Source: a virus. Taken from it: a stretch of 64,000 nt of DNA. Below the pieces are notes generated by a model. It had not been told where the DNA came from. It saw nothing but the letters and a program-made list of their open reading frames with translations, and ran no database searches. Positions within the stretch are counted from its first letter, which is position 1. Each line of letters begins with the position of its first letter. Positions 46,201-56,838 of this stretch are shown piece by piece. The position numbers and the translations under genes were made by a program. The stretch is taken from IMG/VR virus record IMGVR_UViG_3300044701_003269, positions 32,001 to 96,000 of that record; one strand, written 5' to 3'.

Positions 46201-48063
46201 ATGGCAGATCCAAATATAAGAATTAAACGATCTTCGGTTCCCGGGAAAGTTCCATTACCAGGACAACTTCCTTTAGGAGAACTAGCTCTCAATACTTATG
46301 ATGCAGAATTATTTGCTCGTAGAGAACGTTCAGGCATTGGCACCGATATTGTAAGACTTGGTGCAGGCGCAACAGTTACTAATATTTTATATGTCACACA
46401 AGACGGAAGCGACTCCAACACAGGAAAAAAACTTGGAGACGCAAAAAGAACAATCGGAGCAGCACTCACAACAGCAACAACAGGAACAGTTATTAAAGTT
46501 AGTGCTGGATCTTATATAGAAAATAATCCTCTCACAATACCAGAACAAGTATCAATTGTTGGAGATAGTTTAAGAGAAGTATCAGTATCTCCACAGAATG
46601 CAGATCAAGACTTGTTCTATGTCTCAAATGGCAACTATATTGCAGAAATGTCTTATACAGGCACTCTCAATAATGGAAAGGCAATATTTGCATTCAATCC
46701 AGAAGAAATAGGATATTTCGATCAGTCTCCTTACGTCCAGAACTGCACTAATTTCATTCCAAATAGTATTGGAATGAGAATTGATGGACTAAAAGCCATT
46801 GGTCCAACAAAATCAATGGTTGTTGATAGTTATACTCAATACAATCAAGGTGGTATTGGTGTTTCTATTACTAATGAAGGTTACGCACAACTAGTTTCAA
46901 TCTTCACTATCTGCAACGATACAGCAATCTATTGTGGTAGTGGTGCTGCTTGCGACCTTACAAACTCTAACTCATCATTCGGAAACTTTGGTTTAGTTGC
47001 TGATGGTCTTGGACCACTAAAATATACTGGAATCATTACTGCAGCGGCCGCAGAAAATGCATTTGAGTTTGTATTGGACCTAAATGTTCCAACACTGAAC
47101 GTTACAAACGCACTTTATGATAATACTACGGGTCTTACAACAATTACTGTAGATTCCAACCATAATTTTAATGTTGGAATGGGAGTTTCGATTGTTGGAC
47201 TTGGATTTACTTGCCCTTCAGGTCCTGGAATTGTAACATATCCATCTGGCAATAAAGGATATGTTTTTGAAGTACAAGCAACTCCTTCATCAACTTCTTT
47301 TGAGGTTTATGTTGGTGTTTCTACACTACAACATACTTATGATTCTGGTGGAACTGTAAAGATTAATGCAGTTCGTCCTTTTGACGGTCAGGTGATTTAT
47401 TTTGATTCTTTATATTACACAATTGATGGAGTTACCGTAAGTTCTGGTGGAACTGGATATACAGATAATGTTGATATTACTTTTGATGATCCAAGTGAAC
47501 CTTGGGGTATTCCAGCAACTGCTATTGGAGAAGTTAAAGATGGTGTAGTGACTAATGTTGAAATGATTTCAAATGGAAGAGGATATACAACAGCACCAAC
47601 CGTGACATTTGCTTCTCCCGATGTAGGCATAAACACTGCAACCGGAGAGGCACATTTAGTTCCGACTTATTATGTTATTCAAAGTTCAACACCAATTTCT
47701 GCTGGAATTTGTACCATAACTATTACAGATAATGTTCCTTATGCGATTGGGGTTGGTACAACAGTTCCATTCTTTAAGCAAAGTCGTGTATTAGCTTCAG
47801 GCCACTCAGTTGAATATATTGGTTCTGGAACAAATATTGCTGCAGCTCTTCCTCAGAATGGAGGAATACCAATTCAAGATAATGAAACTGTTTCTCGTAA
47901 TGGTGGTCTGGTTGTTTATACTACAACCGATCAGTCTGGTAATTTTAGAATTGGCGATGGTGTTGTTATTAATCAACAAACTGGAACTATTACCGGAACA
48001 TTTTTCTCAAAGAGTTTATTTTCAACCGTGACGCCTTTCATACTCGCACTAGGAGGAGACTAA
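46201..48063 (+). CDS. tail fibre / beta-helix virion protein
   Basis: IRIKRS.VPGK.P..L..GELA; SPYVQNCT, SMVVDSYTQ, LTNSNSSFG, TDQSGNFRIG. Confidence 0.75.
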   Translation: MADPNIRIKRSSVPGKVPLPGQLPLGELALNTYDAELFARRERSGIGTDIVRLGAGATVTNILYVTQDGSDSNTGKKLGDAKRTIGAALTTATTGTVIKVSAGSYIENNPLTIPEQVSIVGDSLREVSVSPQNADQDLFYVSNGNYIAEMSYTGTLNNGKAIFAFNPEEIGYFDQSPYVQNCTNFIPNSIGMRIDGLKAIGPTKSMVVDSYTQYNQGGIGVSITNEGYAQLVSIFTICNDTAIYCGSGAACDLTNSNSSFGNFGLVADGLGPLKYTGIITAAAAENAFEFVLDLNVPTLNVTNALYDNTTGLTTITVDSNHNFNVGMGVSIVGLGFTCPSGPGIVTYPSGNKGYVFEVQATPSSTSFEVYVGVSTLQHTYDSGGTVKINAVRPFDGQVIYFDSLYYTIDGVTVSSGGTGYTDNVDITFDDPSEPWGIPATAIGEVKDGVVTNVEMISNGRGYTTAPTVTFASPDVGINTATGEAHLVPTYYVIQSSTPISAGICTITITDNVPYAIGVGTTVPFFKQSRVLASGHSVEYIGSGTNIAAALPQNGGIPIQDNETVSRNGGLVVYTTTDQSGNFRIGDGVVINQQTGTITGTFFSKSLFSTVTPFILALGGD

Positions 48064-48067
48064 TACA

Positions 48068-48397
48068 ATGGCACTAGCACTTAATATATTTAAAACTGTT
48101 ACATCGATTGTTGATACAACTCCAGTTGTGGTTTATACGGCACCAGTTGGTTATACAGGTGTTGTTCTTTTAGCACAAGTAGCAAATACTGGTGTAACTT
48201 CTGAAGACACAACATTCGTCCATCGTAGAAATTCTACGGATACTGAAATATTAAAATCATTTCCAATTGCTTCGCACGATACTGCAAATCTTCTTGTAGG
48301 AAAATTAGTTCTTGAAAGTGGAGACAAATTAGTTTTATCTGGTAGCAATAATACCAATCTTAAGTTTATTGCAAGTATTTTAGAAACACTCAACTAA
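48068..48397 (+). CDS. small virion protein
   Basis: VYTAP, KLVLESGD motif; AGGAGG RBS. Confidence 0.7.
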   Translation: MALALNIFKTVTSIVDTTPVVVYTAPVGYTGVVLLAQVANTGVTSEDTTFVHRRNSTDTEILKSFPIASHDTANLLVGKLVLESGDKLVLSGSNNTNLKFIASILETLN

Positions 48398-48408
48398 TAT
48401 AGAAATCA

Positions 48409-51400
48409 ATGTCTAAGTATACCAGTAATCGTCAAAGAAATTTAAAGATTGGTATTAGTTCTTATACCGATAGTAGTACAGTATTAGAAGTTACTGGTAG
48501 AGTTGGTATTGGTACATCTAATGCTTCTACTAACTTAGATATTAATGGAGACCTGAGAGTTCGTGGAGCACTTTATGATAAGGACAACGAATCGGGTACG
48601 ACAGGGCAAATATTAGTTTCTACTGCTTCTGGTATTGACTGGCAGAATATTGATAGTATTCAAACAATTGAAACTATCATAAACACTTCTCTTACTGGTA
48701 TTAACATAAAAGATGAAGGTGTTGGTATTGGAACAACCTTCACTGCAATTAATTTTATAGGACTCGGAGTAAGTGCATCTGCGAATGGAACAACCGCAGA
48801 TATAACTTTCGAGCAACAGGTAGGTCCTCAAGGTATTCAAGGTACTGAAGGAACTCAGGGCACTCAAGGTATTCAAGGTACTCAAGGTACTCAAGGAATT
48901 CAAGGCAATGAGGGAACTCAGGGCACTCAAGGTATTCAAGGAGTTCAAGGCACTCAAGGTATTCAAGGTACTGAAGGTACTCAGGGTATTGAAGGCCCAG
49001 TAGCAGGTTCTGCATATCAAGTTGTTTATAAAGATGGGTCCAATGTTGCAACAGGATCAACTAATCTGACCTTTAATGGAACTGAGTTAGTCACTTATGA
49101 TTTAACAGTTCTCAATAATACAGATATTAATGGCAATCTGAATGTTGATGGAACTATCACAATTGGTGGTACAACAGCACAATTAAACACTCAACAATTA
49201 ACAGTATCGGACCCAGATATTGTTCTTGGTTTAGGAACTGATTTTTCACCAACAGATATTACCGCAAGTCACGGTGGTATTGCGATTGCATCAACTGAAG
49301 GAACTCCTCTTGTAAGTCTTGCGATTGGTGGCGAAACCAACCCAGACACATATAAGAAAATTATGTGGTTCCGTGGTGGTGATATTGGTGCTGGATATAC
49401 TGATGCTTGGTTATTTAACTATGGAGTTGGTATTGGTTCCACACAAGTTCCAATTGGCGTAAGACTTGCTGCTGGCGGAATGCAAGTTACTGATAGCACC
49501 ATCAGTTCTCCACAACTCAATATCTCTGGCGTTTCTACTTTTGGTGGAGTAATTGAACTTGATGGTGGTTTAAAAGATTTCTATGGAAACACGGGAATAG
49601 GAGGTTCAATTCTTGTTTCTACTGGTACTGGTGTTTCTTGGACCACTCCATTTGCTGCCGGTATCCAGGGTATCCAGGGCACAACAGGTTCTCAAGGTAC
49701 TGAAGGATCTCAGGGTACTCAAGGTATCCAGGGTATTGAAGGATCACAGGGAACTCAAGGTATTCAGGGTATTAAAGGTGAAGATGGTATAATTGGTGTT
49801 AATGGAGCTCAGGGTACTCAAGGTATCCAGGGAATTCAAGGTATTCAGGGAATTCAAGGTTCAACTGGATTAAACGATTGGGAATTAAAAACAAGCACTT
49901 ATACTGCAGTAAGCGGTGACAGATTAATTGCCAATACATCTGGCGGCACTTTTACAATTAATCTTCCATCAAGTCCTTCATTAGGAGATAATGTTGCTAT
50001 TGCTGATGGATCAAACTGGGAAACTACAAATCTAACAGTTAGTAGGAATGGATCAACAATTGAAGGATTGAGTGAAGATTTTACTTTAGATATTACGGGT
50101 ACTGTCGTTCAATTTGTTTATGATGGATCAACTTGGCAGGTTTATGCAAATATTGGAACTCAAGGAACTACAGGAGCACAGGGGACTGCAGGAAGCCAAG
50201 GTATTCAAGGTTTTAGTTTTAATAAAACTATTGATACTTTTACCGCAACTGAGGGCCAAACAACATTTACAGTTAATTATGTTGTTGGATATGTTGATGT
50301 TTATTTGAATGGAGTTCATTTATCAGAATCTGAATTTACGGCAACAAATGGCACATCTATTATTCTTGCTGTAGGAGCTACAGCAGGAGATCTTATAGAT
50401 GTAATTAGTTTTACTGCCGCTGGTCCTCAAGGTACTCAAGGTACTCAAGGTACAACAGGTGCAGGTATTCAAGGTATTCAAGGTATTAAAGGTGAAGATG
50501 GTATAATTGGTGTTAACGGAGCTCAGGGTACTCAAGGTATCCAGGGAATTCAAGGATTTAGTTTTTCTAGACAAGAAACTAGTTTTACAGCAACTGAGGG
50601 GCAAACAACATTTGCAGTTAATTATGTTGTTGGATATGTTGATGTTTATTTGAATGGTATAAGATTAGGTGACGGCGAATACACTGCAACAAATGGAACT
50701 AGTATTGTTCTTACTGTTGGGGCTAGCGATGAGGATATAGTTGATGTAATTTCTTTTGAATCTGCTGGACCTCAAGGTACTCAGGGTACGATAGGTATTC
50801 AAGGTGCAATAGGAGCAGGGGCTCAAGGTATCCAGGGAATTCAAGGAATATCTGGTGCCAACTTTGACAAATCAACAGTAGTATATACAGCAACTGATGG
50901 CCAGACCACATTTGCCGCAACTTATACTGTTGGTTTTGTCGATGTTTATCTAAATGGTATTAGATTATCGCCTTCTCAGTATACCGCAACTAATGGGACT
51001 TCTGTTATTTTATCTGCAGGAGCAAGTTTAGGTGATATTATAGAGTTAGTTACTTACACTGGTGGAACTTTAGGAGCTCAAGGTGCTTCTGGCGTTAGCT
51101 ACGATAAAGCAGTAACTGTATATACTGCAACTGATAGTCAAACAACATTTGCTGTCACTTATACTGTTGGTTTTGTTGATGTCTATTTGAATGGTATAAG
51201 ATTATCACCATCTCAATATACCGCATCTAATGGAACATCAGTCATTTTATCTTCAGGAGCAAGTTTAGGTGATATTTTAGAATTAGTCGCTTACACCGGA
51301 GGAACTTTAGGAGCTCAAGGTATTCAAGGACCTCAAGGAACAACAGGTATCCAAGGTGCTGAAGGTACTCAAGGCACCACTGGAGCACAGGGTACTGAAG

Positions 51401-51792
51401 GTATTCAAGGCATTCAGGGTACTGAAGGTATTCAAGGTACTGAAGGAACTCAAGGAACTCAGGGTACTGAAGGTATTCAAGGCATTCAGGGTACTGAAGG
51501 TATTCAAGGTATTCAAGGCATAATTAGCCCAGTAGCAGGTTCTGCAAATCAAGTTGTTTATAAAGATGGTTCCAATAATTCAACAGGTTCTGATAATTTA
51601 ACTTTTACTGGCACAAATCTTGGAATAGGAACTAATAATCCAATATCAAAACTTACCGTTCAAGGTGACGCAACAATTAGTGGTATTGTTACTGCAAGTG
51701 CTTTTGTTGATGACGGAACAAACCTTCTTACGGAAATCAATACAAAACCATCTACAGGTAAAACTATTGCACTGTCTATTATTTTTGGATGA
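48409..51792 (+). CDS. collagen-like tail fibre protein (1127 aa)
   Basis: Multiple (G-x-Q)n tracts interleaved with four ATxGQTTF..Y.VG.VDVYLNG domains. Confidence 0.85.
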   Translation: MSKYTSNRQRNLKIGISSYTDSSTVLEVTGRVGIGTSNASTNLDINGDLRVRGALYDKDNESGTTGQILVSTASGIDWQNIDSIQTIETIINTSLTGINIKDEGVGIGTTFTAINFIGLGVSASANGTTADITFEQQVGPQGIQGTEGTQGTQGIQGTQGTQGIQGNEGTQGTQGIQGVQGTQGIQGTEGTQGIEGPVAGSAYQVVYKDGSNVATGSTNLTFNGTELVTYDLTVLNNTDINGNLNVDGTITIGGTTAQLNTQQLTVSDPDIVLGLGTDFSPTDITASHGGIAIASTEGTPLVSLAIGGETNPDTYKKIMWFRGGDIGAGYTDAWLFNYGVGIGSTQVPIGVRLAAGGMQVTDSTISSPQLNISGVSTFGGVIELDGGLKDFYGNTGIGGSILVSTGTGVSWTTPFAAGIQGIQGTTGSQGTEGSQGTQGIQGIEGSQGTQGIQGIKGEDGIIGVNGAQGTQGIQGIQGIQGIQGSTGLNDWELKTSTYTAVSGDRLIANTSGGTFTINLPSSPSLGDNVAIADGSNWETTNLTVSRNGSTIEGLSEDFTLDITGTVVQFVYDGSTWQVYANIGTQGTTGAQGTAGSQGIQGFSFNKTIDTFTATEGQTTFTVNYVVGYVDVYLNGVHLSESEFTATNGTSIILAVGATAGDLIDVISFTAAGPQGTQGTQGTTGAGIQGIQGIKGEDGIIGVNGAQGTQGIQGIQGFSFSRQETSFTATEGQTTFAVNYVVGYVDVYLNGIRLGDGEYTATNGTSIVLTVGASDEDIVDVISFESAGPQGTQGTIGIQGAIGAGAQGIQGIQGISGANFDKSTVVYTATDGQTTFAATYTVGFVDVYLNGIRLSPSQYTATNGTSVILSAGASLGDIIELVTYTGGTLGAQGASGVSYDKAVTVYTATDSQTTFAVTYTVGFVDVYLNGIRLSPSQYTASNGTSVILSSGASLGDILELVAYTGGTLGAQGIQGPQGTTGIQGAEGTQGTTGAQGTEGIQGIQGTEGIQGTEGTQGTQGTEGIQGIQGTEGIQGIQGIISPVAGSANQVVYKDGSNNSTGSDNLTFTGTNLGIGTNNPISKLTVQGDATISGIVTASAFVDDGTNLLTEINTKPSTGKTIALSIIFG

Positions 51793-51823
51793 TGCTAAAT
51801 AACTATCAAGGAGATTTAAACAA

Positions 51824-52192
51824 ATGGCTGCACCCAATATAGTCAATGTAACAAGCGTCTATGGTAAAACTATGGGTGCTGCTTTAGGAGTAACTCTTAC
51901 TACAAATATTTTAACTTGTCCTGCAAATAAAGTTTTAAAGATTAACTCTATCATCGTTGCGAATGTTGATGGAACAAATAATGCTGATGCGAGTGTAACT
52001 TTTTATGATAGTAGTGCAGCAGCAGGATATAGACTTGCAAGTACCGTTACAGTTCCAGCAGATTCTACTTTAGTTGTACTTGGAAAAGATTCACCAATAT
52101 ACCTTGAAGAATCTGATGAAATTCGTGCAGGTGCAAGTGCATCGGGTGATTTAGAAATTATTATTTCTTATGAAGAACTTGATGATGCTTAA
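51824..52192 (+). CDS. small virion protein (MAAPNIVNV type)
   Basis: KINSIIVANVDG, VPADSTL, IYLEE, SYEE. Confidence 0.7.
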   Translation: MAAPNIVNVTSVYGKTMGAALGVTLTTNILTCPANKVLKINSIIVANVDGTNNADASVTFYDSSAAAGYRLASTVTVPADSTLVVLGKDSPIYLEESDEIRAGASASGDLEIIISYEELDDA

Positions 52193-52207
52193 TAGGAGGT
52201 AAGAACA

Positions 52208-53455
52208 ATGCCAAAATGGTTAGGTGGTATATTTGGGAATACGGTTTCTTCTACTGCTGATGGTACTGAAATAAAAGGAGTTTTTAGTTCTAGTGATCGA
52301 TATTATATGAAACGAGAGGGGGGTGCGGCATTTGCGACTTATTCTGTATCTCCTTCTACAACATCACTTAATGAAGGTTCATCGGTTACTTTTACTGTTA
52401 GTACCTTTAACGTTTCTGACGGTACTACTTTATATTGGACTTTAAATACAGTTTCTGGAACCATCAATGCATCTGATTTTACTGGTGGAGCAACTTCTGG
52501 TTCTTTCACTATTACAAGTAGTTCTGGTTCTGTTGTTCTTACGCTAGCAAATGATTCAACCACAGAAGGTTCAGAATCATTCCAATTACAAGTAAGAAAA
52601 GACAGTACTTTGGGAACTGTTGTTGCAACTAGTTCAACAATAACAATCGGAGATACTTCACTAACTACAGTTACAGCAACTGGTGGAACTGTTATTGATA
52701 GTGATGGATTTAGAATTCACGTCTTTACATCTCCAGGTTCCTTTGTAGTTTCTAATGCAGGTCCGGGAACTGTTGAGTATCTTGTGGTTGCTGGAGGTGG
52801 TGGTGGTGGAACTGGAGATGCTGGTGGAAGAAATGGTGGTGGAGGTGGTGCCGGTGGTTTTAGAACTGCTACTGGATTTTCCATAACTGCAACCACATAT
52901 CCTATTACTGTAGGTGGTGGAGGACCAACAGGAGGTTCTGGTGGTGCTGCTCCTAAGGGAAGTCCTTCAATATTTTCAACAATAACTTCTGCTGGAGGTG
53001 GTGGAGGTGCAGGTGGACTTGTAAGCACAAACGTAGCTGCATCTCCTGGTGGTTCTGGTGGTGGTGGTCAGAATGCATCTGGAGGTAATGGAAATGATCC
53101 ACCAGTTTCACCACCACAAGGAAATGCTGGAGGATCTACTGGAAATGCTTGTGGTGGCGGCGGTGCTGGAGGAGTAGGGTCATCTTCTCCTTCAGGTTCT
53201 GGTGGAGTAGGGTCTCCAATCACTTGGTTACCAGCATCTTATGGAACTCCAGGGCCTGCACCAGGTAGATACTTTGCTGGTGGAGGTGGTGGAGGAATTG
53301 CTGGTACTGGAGGTGCCGGTGGTGGAGGTAACAACATAACACCAGGTACAACAAACACTGGCGGTGGTGGCGGTGGTGGAAGAGGTCCTGGAGGAACTCC
53401 TGTCACTGGTGGTTCTGGTGGTTCCGGAATCGTTGTAATCAGATATCCCATATAA
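52208..53455 (+). CDS. glycine-rich virion/tail protein
   Basis: Calx-beta-like EG..V.F.V domain; ATGG..HVFT..YLVVAGGG..GGSGIVVIRY. Confidence 0.75.
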   Translation: MPKWLGGIFGNTVSSTADGTEIKGVFSSSDRYYMKREGGAAFATYSVSPSTTSLNEGSSVTFTVSTFNVSDGTTLYWTLNTVSGTINASDFTGGATSGSFTITSSSGSVVLTLANDSTTEGSESFQLQVRKDSTLGTVVATSSTITIGDTSLTTVTATGGTVIDSDGFRIHVFTSPGSFVVSNAGPGTVEYLVVAGGGGGGTGDAGGRNGGGGGAGGFRTATGFSITATTYPITVGGGGPTGGSGGAAPKGSPSIFSTITSAGGGGGAGGLVSTNVAASPGGSGGGGQNASGGNGNDPPVSPPQGNAGGSTGNACGGGGAGGVGSSSPSGSGGVGSPITWLPASYGTPGPAPGRYFAGGGGGGIAGTGGAGGGGNNITPGTTNTGGGGGGGRGPGGTPVTGGSGGSGIVVIRYPI

Positions 53456-53483
53456 AATTTAATAAATACTTAGAAAAAAGTAA

Positions 53484-54983
53484 ATGGATAAGACCAGACA
53501 ATCTGCAAATCTGGTTTCGGAAAATAATATTTTTTCCGATATCACTAATAACAGAGTTGGTATAGCAACCACAAATCCAACATCAACACTTCAAGTCATC
53601 GGTGATGCAACAATTAGTGGTGTTGTTACTGCATCAAGTTTTGTTGGAAATCTAACTGGTACGGCATCCACAGCAACAGAAGCAGGAACTGCTTATGGAC
53701 TAACTGGAAGTCCTAATATTACTGTTGGAACCGTTACTGGTAACTTAACAGGAACTGCTTCTACAGCAACAGAAGCAGGAACTGCTTATGGACTAACCGG
53801 AAGTCCTAATATTACTGTTGGTATTGTTACTTTATCAAGTGCGGTTGTTAGTGGAAACGTAAGTATCGCAGGAACTCTTACATACGAAGATGTAACGAAT
53901 GTAGATTCGATTGGGATTGTAACAGCTCGTGCTGGTATTGTTCTTGGACCAACAGCAAATACAATTCAGTTAGGAACAGGAACCACGATTAGTTCTCCAA
54001 GTTCTGATACATTTACTGTAAGTACTAATGGTAGTGAGAGAGTTAGGGTTGATTCGAGTGGGAGACTGGGTATTGGCAATACGAGTCCTGATACAAAACT
54101 AGATTTAGATGGCGCGTTCTTCTTGCGGCCAACATCAGAGTCATTCCCGTCTGAAAATGGCGGGGGCCTAAGGATTAGATCGGACACGTCGACTCTTGAA
54201 CTACGGGGATTACAATGGACACCCAGTGTTGTTTATTACGATATAAATTATCAGGGACTGCAGCATTACTGGAGTGTTAACGGTAGTGAGAAAGCGCGCA
54301 TCGACAGTTCCGGAAGATTTGGCTTGGGTACGTCGAGTCCTGGAGCAACTCTTGATGTTTCGGAAACTTCATCGGGCGCAACAGTCACAAGTCTGTTCCT
54401 GCGCAACCCTGCTGCTTTAGCTGCTGGAACTGTTTCTCGTCTTGCAATGACTGCTGTCAATACAGGCAGTCGATTTGCATATATAGATGCTGGAGTCACT
54501 GGAGCATCCGATAACGGGCATTATTTAGCCTTTGGAACCAACCCTGCTGGGGGTGCCCCGACAGAAAAAGCCCGAATATCATCATCAGGTGGTTTCTCAG
54601 TAGGAACCACAGCAAACCCTGGAGCAGGAGCAATCTATGCAACAGGAGACATCACTGCATTCTATTCATCAGACATCAGATTAAAGAAAGATATTGAACC
54701 AATCTCAGAACCCATCAAAAAACTGATGGAGATTTCTGGTGTTACTTATAAGTGGAATGAAGAATATCTGAAAGATAAGGATGTTGATGGATACTTTGTA
54801 AGAGAAACTGAAGTTGGTGTGATTGCACAAGATGTTGAGAAAGTTCTCCCAGAAGTTGTTGCAACTCGTGAGAATGGATATAAGGCAGTTAGATATGAGA
54901 AACTGGTTGCTCTTCTGATTGAAGCAGTTAAAGATCAACAAAAACAAATCGACGAACTGAAAGCAAGATTAGAGGAGGTTTGA
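53484..54983 (+). CDS. tail fibre with C-terminal S74 intramolecular chaperone
   Basis: SSDIRLKKDI, GVIAQDVEKVLPE, V.YEKLVALLIEAVK coiled coil. Confidence 0.88.
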   Translation: MDKTRQSANLVSENNIFSDITNNRVGIATTNPTSTLQVIGDATISGVVTASSFVGNLTGTASTATEAGTAYGLTGSPNITVGTVTGNLTGTASTATEAGTAYGLTGSPNITVGIVTLSSAVVSGNVSIAGTLTYEDVTNVDSIGIVTARAGIVLGPTANTIQLGTGTTISSPSSDTFTVSTNGSERVRVDSSGRLGIGNTSPDTKLDLDGAFFLRPTSESFPSENGGGLRIRSDTSTLELRGLQWTPSVVYYDINYQGLQHYWSVNGSEKARIDSSGRFGLGTSSPGATLDVSETSSGATVTSLFLRNPAALAAGTVSRLAMTAVNTGSRFAYIDAGVTGASDNGHYLAFGTNPAGGAPTEKARISSSGGFSVGTTANPGAGAIYATGDITAFYSSDIRLKKDIEPISEPIKKLMEISGVTYKWNEEYLKDKDVDGYFVRETEVGVIAQDVEKVLPEVVATRENGYKAVRYEKLVALLIEAVKDQQKQIDELKARLEEV

Positions 54984-54986
54984 TAA

Positions 54987-55997
54987 ATGGCAACACCTTC
55001 AGGTCAGATTGCATTTTCTCAGGTAAATGCTGAGTTAGGAGTTTCTCCAACATCAACACAAGCAAATATGGGTTCTGCACCTTTTAGAGGTCTTGCAGGT
55101 GTTCCTTCTGGCCAGATTTCGATGAGCAATCTAAGAGGTAAGAGTAGTTTTAGTGCGACTGGTGGAACTGTTATTGATAGTGGAGGATTTCGAATTCACG
55201 TCTTTACATCTCCAGGATCTTTTGTAGTTTCTGGTTCAGGAACTGTAGACTATCTTGTAGTTGCTGGTGGAGGTAGTGGTGGATCTGATGGAGGGGCCGG
55301 TGGTGGTGCTGGAGGATTTAGAACTGCTACTGGATTTCCTGTAACTGCAACCACATATCCAATTACAATTGGTGGAGGTGGAACTGGAGGAACTGGAGGT
55401 ACAGGTAGTGATGGATCTGTCTCCACCTTTTCTACAGTAACTTCTACTGGTGGTGGAGGAGGTGGGTGGTATGCAATTGGAGCAGGAAATGCTGGCCGAG
55501 CAGGAGGTTCTGGTGGTGGAGGAGGTGGTGGAAGTGGCGGTGGTGGGTCCGCAGGAGCAGGAAATACTCCACCAGTATCTCCACCACAAGGAAATCCTGG
55601 AGGAGCCGGGTTTCCTGGAGGTTGTGCTGGTGGATGCCCTAATGCTGGCGGTGGTGGAGCAGGAGCAGCAGGAGCAGCAGGAGGAACTTCTCCCGGAATT
55701 CCTGGAGGAAATGGAGGTCGAGGTGGTACAGGTTTACCAATCACTTGGTTACCAGCATCTTATGGAACTCCAGGACCTGCACCCGGTAGATACTTTGCTG
55801 GTGGAGGAAGTGGAAATAGTAATAACGGAGCAAATACTCCAGGCGGTGTCGGTGGAGGGGGTAATGGTGGATTTAGAACTTCCGGTCTTGGAAGTCCAGG
55901 AACCACAAATACTGGAGGCGGCGGCGGTGGAAGTGATGTAGGAAACCCTAGTGGAAACGGTGGTTCCGGAATAGTCGCAATCAGATATCCAATCTAA
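54987..55997 (+). CDS. glycine-rich virion/tail protein
   Basis: PSGQI..S.VN.ELG..SGQISMSNLRGK head; same Gly-rich domain as 52208. Confidence 0.75.
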   Translation: MATPSGQIAFSQVNAELGVSPTSTQANMGSAPFRGLAGVPSGQISMSNLRGKSSFSATGGTVIDSGGFRIHVFTSPGSFVVSGSGTVDYLVVAGGGSGGSDGGAGGGAGGFRTATGFPVTATTYPITIGGGGTGGTGGTGSDGSVSTFSTVTSTGGGGGGWYAIGAGNAGRAGGSGGGGGGGSGGGGSAGAGNTPPVSPPQGNPGGAGFPGGCAGGCPNAGGGGAGAAGAAGGTSPGIPGGNGGRGGTGLPITWLPASYGTPGPAPGRYFAGGGSGNSNNGANTPGGVGGGGNGGFRTSGLGSPGTTNTGGGGGGSDVGNPSGNGGSGIVAIRYPI

Positions 55998-56013
55998 ATA
56001 AAACAAAAACAAT

Positions 56014-56436
56014 ATGGCTCACTACGCAGAACTGAATGAAAACAATGAAGTAATCTACGTTGCCTATATGGATAACGAGACTATTACTGATGAAAATGAC
56101 AATGAAGTAGAAGAACTTGGTATTCAACATCTTCATACTCATCACGGTGCAGATCGTAGATGGGTAAGAACATCATACAGAGGTAACTTCCGCAATAAGT
56201 ATGCTGGTCTTGGAGATACTTATAGAGAAGATCTTGATATGTTTATTTCTCCCCAACCATTTGCATCTTGGATTTTGAATGAAACGACAGGTCAGTGGGA
56301 AGCACCTACACCTCAACCAGAACTTACTGAAGAACAACTAAATGATGAAACATACACCTATTACTATTTCTGGGATGAAGAAACTCAAAGTTGGTCCTTA
56401 AATCAAATTGAAAAACCAACAGAACAATCTGCATAA
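56014..56436 (+). CDS. tail-associated small protein (MAHYAEL type)
   Basis: WVRTSY.GNFR.KYAG.G.TY..D.F..PQP..SW. Confidence 0.75.
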   Translation: MAHYAELNENNEVIYVAYMDNETITDENDNEVEELGIQHLHTHHGADRRWVRTSYRGNFRNKYAGLGDTYREDLDMFISPQPFASWILNETTGQWEAPTPQPELTEEQLNDETYTYYYFWDEETQSWSLNQIEKPTEQSA

Positions 56437-56453
56437 TTTTTGAGGGAGTTATT

Positions 56454-56798
56454 ATGTTTAACTTATTTCGTCAATTTTTCATCAAAAAACCATACACCTG
56501 TTGTATGGAACTTCATAACGCTCTTGGTTGTTATATTTCAATTCATCATCCCTCATCAGGTCCGATTGAAGGATACAACCAGTTTTTCTATGAAAATAAC
56601 TTTATAATTATAAGTAATCTAAGAGAAGAACAAAATGTTTCTGATGTTCTCTCTTCCGTTTATTCCTTTGATATGAAGAGTTCAAACATCAAAATCATTA
56701 AGGGTAAGAAAAAAGTTTATCTACCAAATAAAACATTTGTTTCTTTAGATGAGAACTCTGTGTTTGTTTATGATAAAAGTAAAATTAAAATTGTTTGA
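56454..56798 (+). CDS. hypothetical protein
   Basis: 114 aa; GGGAG RBS. Confidence 0.6.
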   Translation: MFNLFRQFFIKKPYTCCMELHNALGCYISIHHPSSGPIEGYNQFFYENNFIIISNLREEQNVSDVLSSVYSFDMKSSNIKIIKGKKKVYLPNKTFVSLDENSVFVYDKSKIKIV

Positions 56799-56838
56799 TA
56801 AATACTTTAAAAGTAAAGTAAAGTAGTTAATAACACCA

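Noticed and set aside
52208-55997. Near-identical blocks as a diversity-generating retroelement TR/VR pair
   Set aside because: Differences in the block compared (53216-53286 vs 55737-55807) are synonymous third-position changes, not adenine-specific; both copies are coding; no reverse transcriptase in the window.
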